Source: a virus
Lineage: Duplodnaviria; Caudoviricetes
Reading direction: 5' to 3' (one strand)
Length of the DNA: 40,222 bases
Virus record (IMG/VR): IMGVR_UViG_3300014655_000005
Location: 1 to 40,222 of that record
The position numbers and the translations under genes are program-made. The notes under the pieces were generated by a model that ran no database searches, had not been told where the DNA came from, and saw only the letters and a program-made list of their open reading frames with translations. Shown here piece by piece: positions 24,358-34,160 of this stretch. The stretch's first letter is position 1; each line of letters opens with the position of its first letter.

Positions 24358-25128
24358 ATGCCGAATATGGAGTCCCGCCAAGGGATTGCGGGTTACGGTT
24401 GCGTTTGGGCTTTAGGCCGTCATCGCCTGGTGTGCGGCGACTGCACCGATCCGGCGATCGCCGCCAAGGCGCTGGACGGCGCCGCGCCGCGGCTGATGGT
24501 GACGGATCCGCCTTACGGCGTGAGTTACGATCCGGCCTGGCGCGAGGATCCGCGGCTGCATCCGTTCGTCGGCGAGCGGCGGGCGGTCCTCGCCAAGGGC
24601 AAGGTGCTGAACGACGATCGCGCCGACTGGCGCGAGGCTTGGCGCTTGTTTCCAGGCGACGTCGCCTATGTCTGGCATTCGTCGCTGCACGGCGGCGCGG
24701 TCGAGGCGAGCCTGGCGGCCGCGGGCTTCATCGCGCGCAGCCAGATCATCTGGGACAAGGGTAGGCTGATCATTTCGCGCGGGCATTACCACTGGCGCCA
24801 CGAGCCCTGCTGGTACGCCGTGCGCAAGGGAGCGACGGCCGGCTGGACCGGCGATCGCAAGCAGACCACGGTCTGGTCGATTCCGCACAGGCGTTCTGAA
24901 ACGGGACACGCGGCGCAGAAGCCGCTGTTGTGCATGGAGCGGCCGATCCTGAATCATAGCCACCCTGGCGATGCGGTGTACGACCCCTTCGTCGGCTCGG
25001 GAACGACGATCGTCGCCGCCGAGACGACAGGGCGGATAGCCCACGCCATCGAGCTGAACCCCGACTATTGCAAGTTGGCGATCGAACGGTGGGAGAGGCT
25101 CACCGGAAATGTCGCAACAAGACTATGA
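24358..25128 (+). CDS. N4/N6 DNA methyltransferase, beta class (~256 aa; start uncertain)
   Basis: WALGRHRLVCGD, motif IV TDPPY, HAAQKP, motif I DPFVGSGTT, IELNPDYC. Confidence 0.9.
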   Translation: MPNMESRQGIAGYGCVWALGRHRLVCGDCTDPAIAAKALDGAAPRLMVTDPPYGVSYDPAWREDPRLHPFVGERRAVLAKGKVLNDDRADWREAWRLFPGDVAYVWHSSLHGGAVEASLAAAGFIARSQIIWDKGRLIISRGHYHWRHEPCWYAVRKGATAGWTGDRKQTTVWSIPHRRSETGHAAQKPLLCMERPILNHSHPGDAVYDPFVGSGTTIVAAETTGRIAHAIELNPDYCKLAIERWERLTGNVATRL

Positions 25129-25420
25129 GGACCGCCGCGCGCTCGTGCCGTGGCGCGCCTGGTACCGCACCCAGCGGTGGCGAAAGCTCCGGGCGAGCCA
25201 ACTAGCGCGGGAGCCGAACTGCAGGACCTGCGAGAGGATAGGCGTCAGGACGCCGGCCACGGTCTGCGACCATTGCAATCCGCACCGCGGCAACGAGACG
25301 CTTTTCTGGAGCGGCCCTTTCCAGTCGCTCTGCGCTTCTCATCACTCGTCCGACAAGCAAGCGCTCGAGATGGGTCGGCCGAGACAGGCCTTCGCGGCCG
25401 ATGGGTGGCCGACGGGGTAG
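25109..25420 (+). CDS. Packaging-associated HNH endonuclease (103 aa)
   Basis: WYRTQRWRKLR, CRTC, VCDH..PH, FQSLC.SHHS; directly before terS. Confidence 0.88.
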   Translation: MSQQDYEDRRALVPWRAWYRTQRWRKLRASQLAREPNCRTCERIGVRTPATVCDHCNPHRGNETLFWSGPFQSLCASHHSSDKQALEMGRPRQAFAADGWPTG

Positions 25421-25513
25421 GGGGTTTAATTCCCCACCGGTCGCCCTCCATGCAACCGGTCACATCCAACAACGCGCAGCGCCGCGAAATGAAAAACAAA
25501 ACATGGGGCGCCG
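25421..25513. other. Probable cos region
   Basis: HNH-terS gap with G-run GGGGTAGGGGG and CGCGAAAT, where HK97-like cos phages usually place cos; cut site not determined. Confidence 0.45.
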
Positions 25514-25984
25514 ATGGCTGGTCGGAAGCCGACGCCGACGCATCTGAAGCTCGTGAAGGGAAACCCTGGCAAGCGCGCTCTGCCAAAGAGCGAGCCGAAG
25601 CCCCCGGCAACCCGGCCTTCCCCGCCTGACCATCTCAGCGTCGCCGCGAGGCGCGCGTGGGACCTGGTGACGCCGATGCTCGAGCGCGCCGGCGTCCTCA
25701 CCCGCGCCGACGCGATCGCCGTCGAGATGCTCTGCGAGGCCTACGGCGACTACCTCGGCGCGCGCGACGACATCGAGGCCTTCGGCGGCAACTACTACGA
25801 GACGCGCAACCAGGCTGGCGCCGTCATGCACCGCGCGCATCCGGCCGTCGCCGTCATGCGCGACGCCGACCGACGCATCCGCGCCTGGCTCGCTGAGTTC
25901 GGCATGACCCCCAGCGCCAGGACGAGGGTCAATGCGGCGCCCGAAGACGGCGGAACGAAAGACCCCGCCGAGAAGTACTTCTGA
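25514..25984 (+). CDS. terS: Terminase small subunit, P27 family (156 aa)
   Basis: MAGRKPTPTHLKLVKGNPGKR...HPAV...EFGMTPSARTR. Confidence 0.93.
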   Translation: MAGRKPTPTHLKLVKGNPGKRALPKSEPKPPATRPSPPDHLSVAARRAWDLVTPMLERAGVLTRADAIAVEMLCEAYGDYLGARDDIEAFGGNYYETRNQAGAVMHRAHPAVAVMRDADRRIRAWLAEFGMTPSARTRVNAAPEDGGTKDPAEKYF

Positions 25985-27827
25985 CCCGGTCACCGCCTGG
26001 GCGCGCGCGGTCGTCGCCGGCGACGTCGTCGCGGGCCCGCACGTCCGCAACGCCTGCCGGCGCCACCTCGACGACCTGAAGCGCGGCGCGCGCCGCGGCC
26101 TCGTCTGGGACCTCGAAGCCGCCAAGCGCGTCATCGCCTTCTTTCCCGACGCGCTGCGGCTCGCCAAGGGCAAGTTCGAGGGCGCGCCCTTCGCGCTGCA
26201 TCCGGCGCAGCAGTTCGTCATCGGCTCGCTGTTCGGCTGGAAGCGCAAGGCGACGGCCAAGCGCCGTTTTCGCCGCGCCTACATCGAGCAGGGCAAGGGC
26301 AACGGCAAATCGCCGATGGCCGCCGGCATCGGCATGTACTGCCTCACCGCCGACGGCGAGGCGGGCGCCGAGATCTACGCCGCCGCGTCCAAGAAGGACC
26401 AGGCGCAGGTCTGCTTCCAGGCCGCGGTGGCGATGTATCGCCAGTCGCCGGCGCTGCTGGCGCGCCTGACGCCTTCGGGTTCGAATCCGGTCTGGAACCT
26501 CGCCTATCTCGCCAGCGGCGGCTTCTTCCGGCCGATCTCGAGCGAAAACGGCCAGTCGGGTCCGCTGCCGAGCTGCGCGCTCTGCGACGAGGTCCACGAG
26601 CACCCGAACGGCGACGTCATCGAAATGCTTGAGCGCGGCTTCAAGTCGCGCCAGCAGCCGCTGCTGGTGATGATCACCAACTCCGGCTCCGACCGCAATT
26701 CGGTGTGCTGGGAAGAGCACGTCAACGCCATCCGCGCCGCCGCGGGCAACCGCGACCTGCACGGCCGCCAGGACGAGGGAACCGACTATCTCGGCGACCT
26801 CGAAGCGGCCGCCGATCTGGACGACACCTTCTCCTTCGTCTGCTCGCTCGACAAGGACGACGACCCGCTCACCGACCCCTCCTGCTGGGTCAAGCCGAAC
26901 CCGCTGCTCGGCGTCACCATGCCACGCGCCGAGCTCGAGCGCGCCGTCCGCCAGGCGGCGGCGATGCCCAGCAAGCTCAACAACGTGCTGCGGCTCCATT
27001 TCTGCGTCTGGACCGACGCCGAGCGCGCCTGGATCTCGCGCAAGGCTCTCGAGCCGGTTCTCGCCGACTTCGACCCCGCCGAGCACAAGGGCAAGCGGAT
27101 CTACGCCGCGATCGATCTCTCGGCGGCGCAGGATCTGACCGTCGGGGCCTTCTGCGTCGAGACCGGCAGCGTCGAAGTCGCCGGCCCCGACGGCGCGACT
27201 GCCGAGCTGCCGACCTACGACCTCTGGATCGAGGCCTGGACGCCCGGCGACACGCTGCGCGAGCGATCCTTGCGCGACAAGGCGCCCTACGACGTTTGGG
27301 CCGAGGCCGGATTTCTCAACGCGCCGCCGGGCAAGCGCATCCGGCTCGATTTCGTCGCCGCGCGCCTCGCCGCGATCTCGGCCGAATACGAGATCGCGCT
27401 GCTCGCCTACGACCGCTACGCCTACGCCAAGCTCGGCGAGGAGCTCGCCGCGCTCAACGTCGAGCTCCTCGAGGTCGAGCATGCCCAAGGCGGCAAGCGG
27501 CGCGGCAAGATCCCGGAGGCGGTCGCCGAGGCCGCCCGGCGGGCCCGCGCCGAGCCGCCGCTCGGCCTGTGGATGCCGGGCTCGCTCGGCCTGCTCGAAA
27601 CGCTGATCGTCGAGGGCCGCGTCCGGCTGCGGCGCAATCCGGTGCTGATCGCGGCGGCGATGGCCGCGGCGACCGAAGAGGACGCCTTCGGCAATCGCTG
27701 GTTTTCCAAGCGCCGGGCGACCAATCGCATCGACGCCGTCGTCTCCGCGGCGATGTGCGTCGGCGCGGCCGCCTCCGGCATCGACAAGGCGTCGGGCGAC
27801 GGTCCGCGCGTCTTCACCTTCGGTTGA
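25932..27827 (+). CDS. terL: Terminase large subunit (631 aa)
   Basis: Walker A GKGNGKS, Walker B CDEVHE, MITN, nuclease IDLS, YDRY, RIDAVVS. Confidence 0.96.
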   Translation: MRRPKTAERKTPPRSTSDPVTAWARAVVAGDVVAGPHVRNACRRHLDDLKRGARRGLVWDLEAAKRVIAFFPDALRLAKGKFEGAPFALHPAQQFVIGSLFGWKRKATAKRRFRRAYIEQGKGNGKSPMAAGIGMYCLTADGEAGAEIYAAASKKDQAQVCFQAAVAMYRQSPALLARLTPSGSNPVWNLAYLASGGFFRPISSENGQSGPLPSCALCDEVHEHPNGDVIEMLERGFKSRQQPLLVMITNSGSDRNSVCWEEHVNAIRAAAGNRDLHGRQDEGTDYLGDLEAAADLDDTFSFVCSLDKDDDPLTDPSCWVKPNPLLGVTMPRAELERAVRQAAAMPSKLNNVLRLHFCVWTDAERAWISRKALEPVLADFDPAEHKGKRIYAAIDLSAAQDLTVGAFCVETGSVEVAGPDGATAELPTYDLWIEAWTPGDTLRERSLRDKAPYDVWAEAGFLNAPPGKRIRLDFVAARLAAISAEYEIALLAYDRYAYAKLGEELAALNVELLEVEHAQGGKRRGKIPEAVAEAARRARAEPPLGLWMPGSLGLLETLIVEGRVRLRRNPVLIAAAMAAATEEDAFGNRWFSKRRATNRIDAVVSAAMCVGAAASGIDKASGDGPRVFTFG

Positions 27828-27866
27828 TGCGGCCGATCGCTTCGCGATCGCCTTGAGGGAGCGGCC

Positions 27867-28043
27867 ATGAAACGTTTCGCGGCCCTGATCAAGGCGGCCG
27901 GCGCCAGTGTCGGCTTCCGAGAGGCCGCGCTGCTCGTCGGCCTCGGCCTGGTCGGCTACGGCGCGGGCTCGCTGCTTCCGGCGGCGGCCTATCTCCTGCC
28001 GGGCGCCGTGCTCGTCTACATCGCGATCGCGGGCCTGCGGTAA
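27867..28043 (+). CDS. Small two-TM protein between terL and portal (58 aa, MKRFAALIKA...)
   Basis: GAGGGAG RBS; TAATG overlap with portal; hydrophobic. Confidence 0.7.
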   Translation: MKRFAALIKAAGASVGFREAALLVGLGLVGYGAGSLLPAAAYLLPGAVLVYIAIAGLR

Positions 28044-29392
28044 TGGGCTTCCTCGACGCCTTTCGCCGCACCAGCGATTCGACGCAGGACGAGCTGCTGT
28101 GGAACGCCGGGCTGTTCAATTCGCCCTCGGAGGCCGGCGTCAACGTCAACCAGCAGACCGCGCTCAACGCCACCGCGGTGCTCGCCTGCGTGACGATGCT
28201 GAGCGAGGATTTCGCCAAGCTGACGCCGCGCATCTATCGCATCGACCCCGACACCGGGGCGAGCGCCGACGCCGACGACCATCCGCTCTACGATCTCCTC
28301 TATGAGCCGAACGACTGGCAGAACTGGTTCGAGTTTGCCGAGATGCTGCAGTGCAGCCTCTTGCTGCGCGGCAACGGCTACGCCGTCATCATCCGCGACC
28401 GGCGCGGCGCCCCGATCAAGCTGATCCCGGTCAACGCCGACTGGGTGGCGCTGTGGGAAGCGCCGACCGGCGAGATCTTCTACCGGGTCACCGCCAACGG
28501 CCTGCACATGATGGCCGAAATGCGGGGCGAGCCGTTCCTCATCGCCGCCGAGGATATGCTGCACATCAGAGGCTTCTCGGCCAACGGCCTGCTCGGCGCC
28601 AGTCGCATCATGCTGGCCAAGGAGGCGATCGGCCTGGCGTTGGCGCAGGAACAGCAATCCTCGCGCTGGATGGCCAATCGGGCGACGCTCTCCGGCGTCC
28701 TCTCGACCGAGCAGAAGCTCGCCGGCGATTCCGCCAAGCGGATGGCCGAGGATTGGAAAAACTCGCGCTCCGGCGTGCAGAACGCCGGCAAGATCGCCGT
28801 GCTCGAGCAGGGCCTCAAATATCAGCCGATCGCGATGACGGCCAACGACCTGCAGATCATCGCCCAGCGCACCTTCCAGCTCCAGGAAGTCGCCCGCATC
28901 TGGCGCATCCCGCTCCACATGCTCGGCGACTTGACCCGCTCGACCAACAACAACATCGGCCAGCAGAGCCAGGAATACATCAATCTGACTTTGTCGAGCT
29001 ACACTTCGCGCTGGCGCTGGAAGCTGCACACCAAGTTCGGCCTCAGGCCCGGCAAGCTCTTCATCGACTTTGATCTTTCCGAGCTCACCCGCGCCGACAT
29101 CACCGCCCGCTACAACAATTACGCCCGCGCCATCACCGCCGGCTTCCTGACCCAGAACGAGGCGCGGCGCGACGACAAGCGCGATCCGCTGCCGGGCGGC
29201 GACAAGCTGCTGACGCCCTCCAACCTCGCCGCCGCGGGCAGCGACGCCACCGGCGGCGGCGCCGATGGGGGCGGGCGCCCCGAGGACGGCTCGGCCGACG
29301 TCAAGATGGCCGATTTCGTCGCCGCCTGGATGCGCCGCCATGGCGCTGAGGCGGTCGCCGACGCCCTGGTCAACACTCGCGAGGCCGCATGA
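28043..29392 (+). CDS. Portal protein, HK97 family (449 aa)
   Basis: AVLACV, HPLYDLL..PN, LLLRGNGY, MLHIRG, VLEQGLKYQ, VARIWRIP, LTQNEAR. Confidence 0.96.
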   Translation: MGFLDAFRRTSDSTQDELLWNAGLFNSPSEAGVNVNQQTALNATAVLACVTMLSEDFAKLTPRIYRIDPDTGASADADDHPLYDLLYEPNDWQNWFEFAEMLQCSLLLRGNGYAVIIRDRRGAPIKLIPVNADWVALWEAPTGEIFYRVTANGLHMMAEMRGEPFLIAAEDMLHIRGFSANGLLGASRIMLAKEAIGLALAQEQQSSRWMANRATLSGVLSTEQKLAGDSAKRMAEDWKNSRSGVQNAGKIAVLEQGLKYQPIAMTANDLQIIAQRTFQLQEVARIWRIPLHMLGDLTRSTNNNIGQQSQEYINLTLSSYTSRWRWKLHTKFGLRPGKLFIDFDLSELTRADITARYNNYARAITAGFLTQNEARRDDKRDPLPGGDKLLTPSNLAAAGSDATGGGADGGGRPEDGSADVKMADFVAAWMRRHGAEAVADALVNTREAA

Positions 29393-30684
29393 CCGTTCGA
29401 ACCCTGTCACCGCAGACGCGCCTGTTCCGCGTCGCCGCCGCCGCGCCGCTGGCGACCCGCGAAGACCGCACGGTCGACTACGTCTTTTCCGACGAGTCGG
29501 TAGCCCGCGACGGCGACACCATCCGCACCGCGGGCTGGGATCTCGCCGCCTATCTCGCCAACCCCGTCTTCCTCTGGGCCCACGATTCATCCGCGCCGCC
29601 GATCGGCAAGGTGATCGAGATCGGCGCCGTCGGCGCGGAGCTGCGCGGCACGGTGAGTTACGCCGAGGCGGACGAATATCCCTTCGCCGACACGATCTAT
29701 CGCCTGACCCAGGGCGGCTTTCTCAACGCCACCTCGGTCTCGTGGCTGCCGCGCAAGTGGCGCCAGTCGGCCGACAAGAGCCGGCCCGGCGGCATCGACT
29801 TCCTCGAGCAGGAACTGCTCGAGATCTCCGCCGTGCCCGTGCCGGCGCTGTCGACGGCGCTCGCCACCGCGCGCGGCGCCGGCATCGACACCACGCCGAT
29901 CTTCGAATGGGCGAGCCGCGCGCTCGATCTCGGCGGCTTTGCAGCCGTCCCGCGCGCCGAGCTCGAAAGCCTGCGAAAGGAAGCCAAGATGGCCGTCGCC
30001 AGCCGCGCCAAACCCGCCGCCGATCCGGCTGCCGCCGCCGCCGATCCCGCGCCGATCGCCGCGACCGCGGCCGCCGCGCCGAAGCTGACCAAGCGCTCGC
30101 TGTGGCATGTCGGCTGGCTCGCGTCGCTGCTCGCCGATCTTGGCTGGGTCCAGAAGGACGCCGAGTGGGAGGCGGCGATCGAGGAAGACGGCTCGACCGT
30201 TCCCGCCGAGATGCTCGAGGCGATGAAGGCGCTCGGCGCCGTGCTCGTCAAGATGACGATCGAGGAAGTCAACGAGCTCATCGCCGGCGACGACGAGGAC
30301 GATCTCGCCGATGTTGCGCTCGAGATGGCCTCCGGCCCCGGCCTCAAGCGCGCCGCGTTCCGCGCGCTGCGGCGGCTCGACGCCGGGGCGCTCGCCGCCG
30401 TAAACCTGGCGATGCGCCGCCACATCGCCGGCGAGCGGGTCGCCTTCACCGTCGATCGCGCCGCTCCGGTCGCGCTCGCGCGCGCCGGCCGCATCCTTTC
30501 CGCCGAGAACGAGCGCTGCCTGCGCGACGCCCACGGCCACATGACCCAGGCCTGCGACATGGTTCGCGGCGTCTTCGAACAGGTCGACGAGCCCGAAGGC
30601 GACGGCGGCGACGACGAAGCGCGCGCGCTGGAGGCCCGTAGGGCCGCGGCGCTGAAGCGCCGCGCCGGCCTGCCCGCGGCCTGA
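29389..30684 (+). CDS. HK97-family prohead protease with long C-terminal extension (431 aa)
   Basis: RDGDTI, NPVFLWAHD...PIGK, LNATSV, ELLEISAVPVPA. Confidence 0.9.
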   Translation: MTVRTLSPQTRLFRVAAAAPLATREDRTVDYVFSDESVARDGDTIRTAGWDLAAYLANPVFLWAHDSSAPPIGKVIEIGAVGAELRGTVSYAEADEYPFADTIYRLTQGGFLNATSVSWLPRKWRQSADKSRPGGIDFLEQELLEISAVPVPALSTALATARGAGIDTTPIFEWASRALDLGGFAAVPRAELESLRKEAKMAVASRAKPAADPAAAAADPAPIAATAAAAPKLTKRSLWHVGWLASLLADLGWVQKDAEWEAAIEEDGSTVPAEMLEAMKALGAVLVKMTIEEVNELIAGDDEDDLADVALEMASGPGLKRAAFRALRRLDAGALAAVNLAMRRHIAGERVAFTVDRAAPVALARAGRILSAENERCLRDAHGHMTQACDMVRGVFEQVDEPEGDGGDDEARALEARRAAALKRRAGLPAA

Positions 30685-30850
30685 GGACAGAAAGCCAGAA
30701 ACCCCGAATTCCGGCTTCCGCCGGAACCGCCCTTCCGGAGCCTTGGGCAAGCTGACCGCAGCGTCGCGAGACGCCGCTTCCCCGCGCCGGACGCATCCGC
30801 GTTCGGCCGTAACGCCGCGCCGTGAGGCGCCGCCAAGAAGGAGCCTGATA

Positions 30851-32269
30851 ATGGAGAAGCTCGCTGAGCTGCGCCGTAAACTCGGCGCGCTGACCGACGA
30901 ACTCAACAGCGACGCCGTGCTCGCCGACGCCAAGGCGTTCGAAGCCAAGGAGCGCGAGATCGTTGAGTGCGAAGCAGCGATCGCCCGCGCCGAAGCGGCC
31001 CGCAAGCGCGCCGCCTCGCTCGCTCGGCCGGCGCTGCTGCGCGGCGCCGCCCCCGAGGCCGAGGAGCCGACTTCGGTCGACGACGCCGGCGGCATCCTGC
31101 ACTATCGCGCCCAGCTCGGGCAGCGGCTCGATCCGCGTTCGCCCGACGCGTTCGGTTCCTATCTTCGCGCCGCGCGCCAGGGCCTCGGCCTCGCGATCGA
31201 CCGCTCGCGGCATTTCGCCGGCCTCGGCGAGCAGCTCTGCGCGATCGCCTGCCACTACGCCAGCCACGGGGCCAACAGCGATCCGCGCCTGGTGCGCGCG
31301 CCGACCGACTCCAACCGCGCCGGCCCGACCGGCGCCAGCGAAATGGACCCGACCGGCGGCGGCTTCCTCGTCCAGGTCGATTTCGCCGCGGCGATCTTCA
31401 TGCTCGCCCACGACCTCGGCGAGATCCTCAGCCGCGTCAACAAGATCCCGATCAGCGCCAAGTCGAACGGGTTGAAAATCCCCGGCGTCGACGAAACCAG
31501 CCGCGTGACCGGATCGCGCTGGGGCGGCGTGCAGTCCTACTGGCTCGCCGAAGGCGTCGCGCCGACGCCGACCAAGCCGAAGTTCCGCCTGATCGAGTTC
31601 GATCTCAAGAAGCTGATCTCGCTGATGTATACCACCAGCGAGCTGCTCGAGGATTCGACCGCGCTCAACGCCATCGCCGCCCAGGCGTTCTCGGAAGAAG
31701 TCATGTTCATGACCGAGGACGGCATCTTCGAGGGCACCGGCGCCGGCCAGCCCCTCGGCTTCAGCAACAGCCCGGCGCTGCTGGCGGTCGCCAAGCAGAA
31801 CGGCCAGGCGACCAAGACCGTGGTCAAGGAAAACCTCGACGCCATGTGGTCGCGCTGCTGGGCGCGCTCGCGCAAGAGCGCGATCTGGCTGATCAACCAG
31901 GACGTCGAGCCGCAGCTGCAATCGCTCAACGGCCCGGTCGGCACCGCCGGCGACCTCGTCTACATGCCGCCGGGCGGCCTCTCCGCCGCGCCCTATGCGA
32001 CGCTCAAAGGGCGCCCGGTGGTCAACGCCGAATATTGCTCGACGCTGGGCACGCAGGGCGACATCAGTCTCGTCGACCTCAGCCAGTACACCATCGTCGA
32101 CAAGAACGGCGTCCAGGCGGCGACCTCGATGCACGTCGCCTTCAATACGGACGAAATGGTGTTCCGCATCACCTACCGGGTCGACGGCAAGCCGATGTGG
32201 ACCAAGCCGATGACCCCGTTCAAGGGCTCGAACACCCTCTCGCCCTTCGTCGCGCTGGCGACCCGCTGA
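30851..32269 (+). CDS. Major capsid protein, HK97 fold with N-terminal delta domain (472 aa)
   Basis: AAGGAG RBS; GGFLV, WLAEG, TSELLEDS, GTGAGQPLG, SPFVAL. Confidence 0.95.
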   Translation: MEKLAELRRKLGALTDELNSDAVLADAKAFEAKEREIVECEAAIARAEAARKRAASLARPALLRGAAPEAEEPTSVDDAGGILHYRAQLGQRLDPRSPDAFGSYLRAARQGLGLAIDRSRHFAGLGEQLCAIACHYASHGANSDPRLVRAPTDSNRAGPTGASEMDPTGGGFLVQVDFAAAIFMLAHDLGEILSRVNKIPISAKSNGLKIPGVDETSRVTGSRWGGVQSYWLAEGVAPTPTKPKFRLIEFDLKKLISLMYTTSELLEDSTALNAIAAQAFSEEVMFMTEDGIFEGTGAGQPLGFSNSPALLAVAKQNGQATKTVVKENLDAMWSRCWARSRKSAIWLINQDVEPQLQSLNGPVGTAGDLVYMPPGGLSAAPYATLKGRPVVNAEYCSTLGTQGDISLVDLSQYTIVDKNGVQAATSMHVAFNTDEMVFRITYRVDGKPMWTKPMTPFKGSNTLSPFVALATR

Positions 32270-32358
32270 GCGCGCTTCGCGCGCCGCGAGTGGCGAGTAG
32301 CGAGTAGCGAAGAACCGCTGGTCGCCCCGCCATTCGCCATTCGCCACCCCCTATTCGC
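32270..32358. repeat. REP-like palindromic element after the capsid gene
   Basis: GCGCGCTTCGCGCGC, then (GCGAGTR)x3 able to pair with downstream CGCCATTCGCCATTCGCCA. Confidence 0.7.
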
Positions 32359-32377
32359 TCTTCTCCGGAGAATCTCC

Positions 32378-32863
32378 ATGGCTCGTCAGCTTCAAATGGC
32401 GGCGCAGTTTCCGCCCGTCACGCTTCTCCCCGCCGCCGCCGACGCGGCCGGCCGCACCAGCGTCTACGCCTCGCTTCGCAACGCCCTCAAGGCCTGGGTC
32501 GTGGCCGAGGTCAATCAGGGCGCCGCCAACACCGTGCTGCTTTCGCTGCTCCAGGCTCAGGATTCGTCGGGCACGAATTCAAAGGCGGTCAGCAACGCCG
32601 TGCCGATCTGGCTCGACGCCGATACTTCGACTTCGGATGCGCTGGTTCAGCAGGCCAACGGCACGACCCTGACCACGTCGGCGACGACCAAGGACAAGCT
32701 TGTCGTCTTCGAGATCGAGCCGGAGTTCGCGCTCGACGTCGCCAACGGCTTCAACCATCTGGCGATTTCGACCGGCGCGTCGAGCGCCTCGAACGTCACC
32801 GCGGCGCATCTCTACATCTGGGGCGCCGTCCAGTCCGCTTCGCCGCCGACCACGATCGCCTGA
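32378..32863 (+). CDS. Putative head decoration protein (161 aa)
   Basis: Directly after capsid; beta-rich, Ser/Thr/Ala-rich; GGAG RBS. Confidence 0.6.
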   Translation: MARQLQMAAQFPPVTLLPAAADAAGRTSVYASLRNALKAWVVAEVNQGAANTVLLSLLQAQDSSGTNSKAVSNAVPIWLDADTSTSDALVQQANGTTLTTSATTKDKLVVFEIEPEFALDVANGFNHLAISTGASSASNVTAAHLYIWGAVQSASPPTTIA

Positions 32864-32945
32864 TCGCAGGCCTGAAGGCGGGAGGCCGGCGCTCGCCGCC
32901 GCGTCTCCCGCCGCCGTCGTTTGTTTTCGCTCCGAGGGAGCCGCC

Positions 32946-33704
32946 ATGACCACCCGCTCGCAATTTCGCACCTACGTCGAGACGTTCTTCGAGGACGTCA
33001 ACTTCGAGACCGTCGCCTCGATGGCGCCGTTGCAGTTCAACGAGGATTTCATCGGCGCCGGGCACAGCGCCGGCATCCCCGCCGCGGGCTCGCCGGTCGC
33101 CGGCTATCCCTGGGTCAAGAAGATCGTCGGCGCCGCGCCGCCGACCGTGGCGCTGGTCTCCAACGCCGGCGGCGGCCAGATCGCGCTGGCGCTCGCCGCG
33201 ACGTCCGAAAAGGAGGACGCGGTCCTCTACTGGAACGACAATCTGGCGATCGACGTCACCAAGGTCGCCAGTTTCGAGGCGAGGGCGGCCCTTTCGGTCG
33301 CGCCGAGCGCGGCGAGCGTGCAAATGGTGATGGGCCTCGCCGCCGCCTGGATCGACGGGCCCGACAACAACACCCATTATCTCGAGTTCGGCTGCACCGC
33401 CAACGCCAACCTGCTCTGCCGATCGCAGGACGGCACGACCCAGAACTCGATCGCCGCCGCGCAGATCGGCGGCTCGGCGATCGCGCTCGATACGAACTTC
33501 CATATCTTCCGCATTTCGGCGGAGAACCCGGCCGACATCGCCTTCTATCTCGACGGCAACCGGGTCAACGCGGTCGGCTCGATCGCCTACGCGGCGACCG
33601 GCGCGAATGCGATCCTGCAGCCCTATTTCGCGGTTTACAAGCCGTCGGGAACGGGCCTCGCGACCCTCACCGTCGACAAGCTCGACATCTTCTCGAACCG
33701 CTAA
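32946..33704 (+). CDS. Putative virion protein with concanavalin/lectin-like beta-sandwich (252 aa)
   Basis: FNEDFIG...FEAR...FHIFRI...AFYLDG...LTVD pattern; GAGGGAG RBS. Confidence 0.55.
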   Translation: MTTRSQFRTYVETFFEDVNFETVASMAPLQFNEDFIGAGHSAGIPAAGSPVAGYPWVKKIVGAAPPTVALVSNAGGGQIALALAATSEKEDAVLYWNDNLAIDVTKVASFEARAALSVAPSAASVQMVMGLAAAWIDGPDNNTHYLEFGCTANANLLCRSQDGTTQNSIAAAQIGGSAIALDTNFHIFRISAENPADIAFYLDGNRVNAVGSIAYAATGANAILQPYFAVYKPSGTGLATLTVDKLDIFSNR

Positions 33705-33802
33705 GCGCGCGAGCGTTTGGCCGACGGTCAAGAGGCGAACGCCGATGCAGAGCTCGCGCGGTCCCGGCGCCCATAACCGCATAATCTCGACAGGAGACGG
33801 CC

Positions 33803-34156
33803 ATGGCCGACCCGATTGCCCTCACGCTCCAGCAGGCGGTGATCCCGGCCGGCTCGGCGCTCTCGGCCGCGGTGGGCCTGGGAGCGGCGCGCCTGCACGG
33901 CATTCTGATCCCGACGCCGTGGACGGCCGCGAACCTGACCTTTCAGGTCAGCGTCGACGGCGTCAACTTTGAGGAAATGTACGACGACGCGGGCAACGCG
34001 ATCACCGTGACGGCGGCCGCCAGCCGCTATTGCGCGCTCGATCCGACGCGCTGGCGCGCCGTCGCCAGCCTCATCGTGCGCTCGGGAACCTTGGGCTCGC
34101 CGGTCAACCAGGTCGCCCAGGCGACGATTGGCCTGATCACGCGCCCGATCGCCTGA
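33803..34156 (+). CDS. Putative virion beta-sandwich protein (117 aa)
   Basis: AGGAG RBS; WTAANLTFQVSVDG motif; head module. Confidence 0.6.
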   Translation: MADPIALTLQQAVIPAGSALSAAVGLGAARLHGILIPTPWTAANLTFQVSVDGVNFEEMYDDAGNAITVTAAASRYCALDPTRWRAVASLIVRSGTLGSPVNQVAQATIGLITRPIA

Positions 34157-34160
34157 CGCG

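Noticed and set aside
14656-25420. Restriction-modification system
   Set aside because: No restriction endonuclease; the only nuclease is the terminase-associated HNH.
27867-28043. Holin
   Set aside because: No adjacent endolysin; small TM genes between terL and portal are common.
32281-32358. CRISPR array
   Set aside because: Short tandem heptamers without unique spacers; no cas genes in the window.
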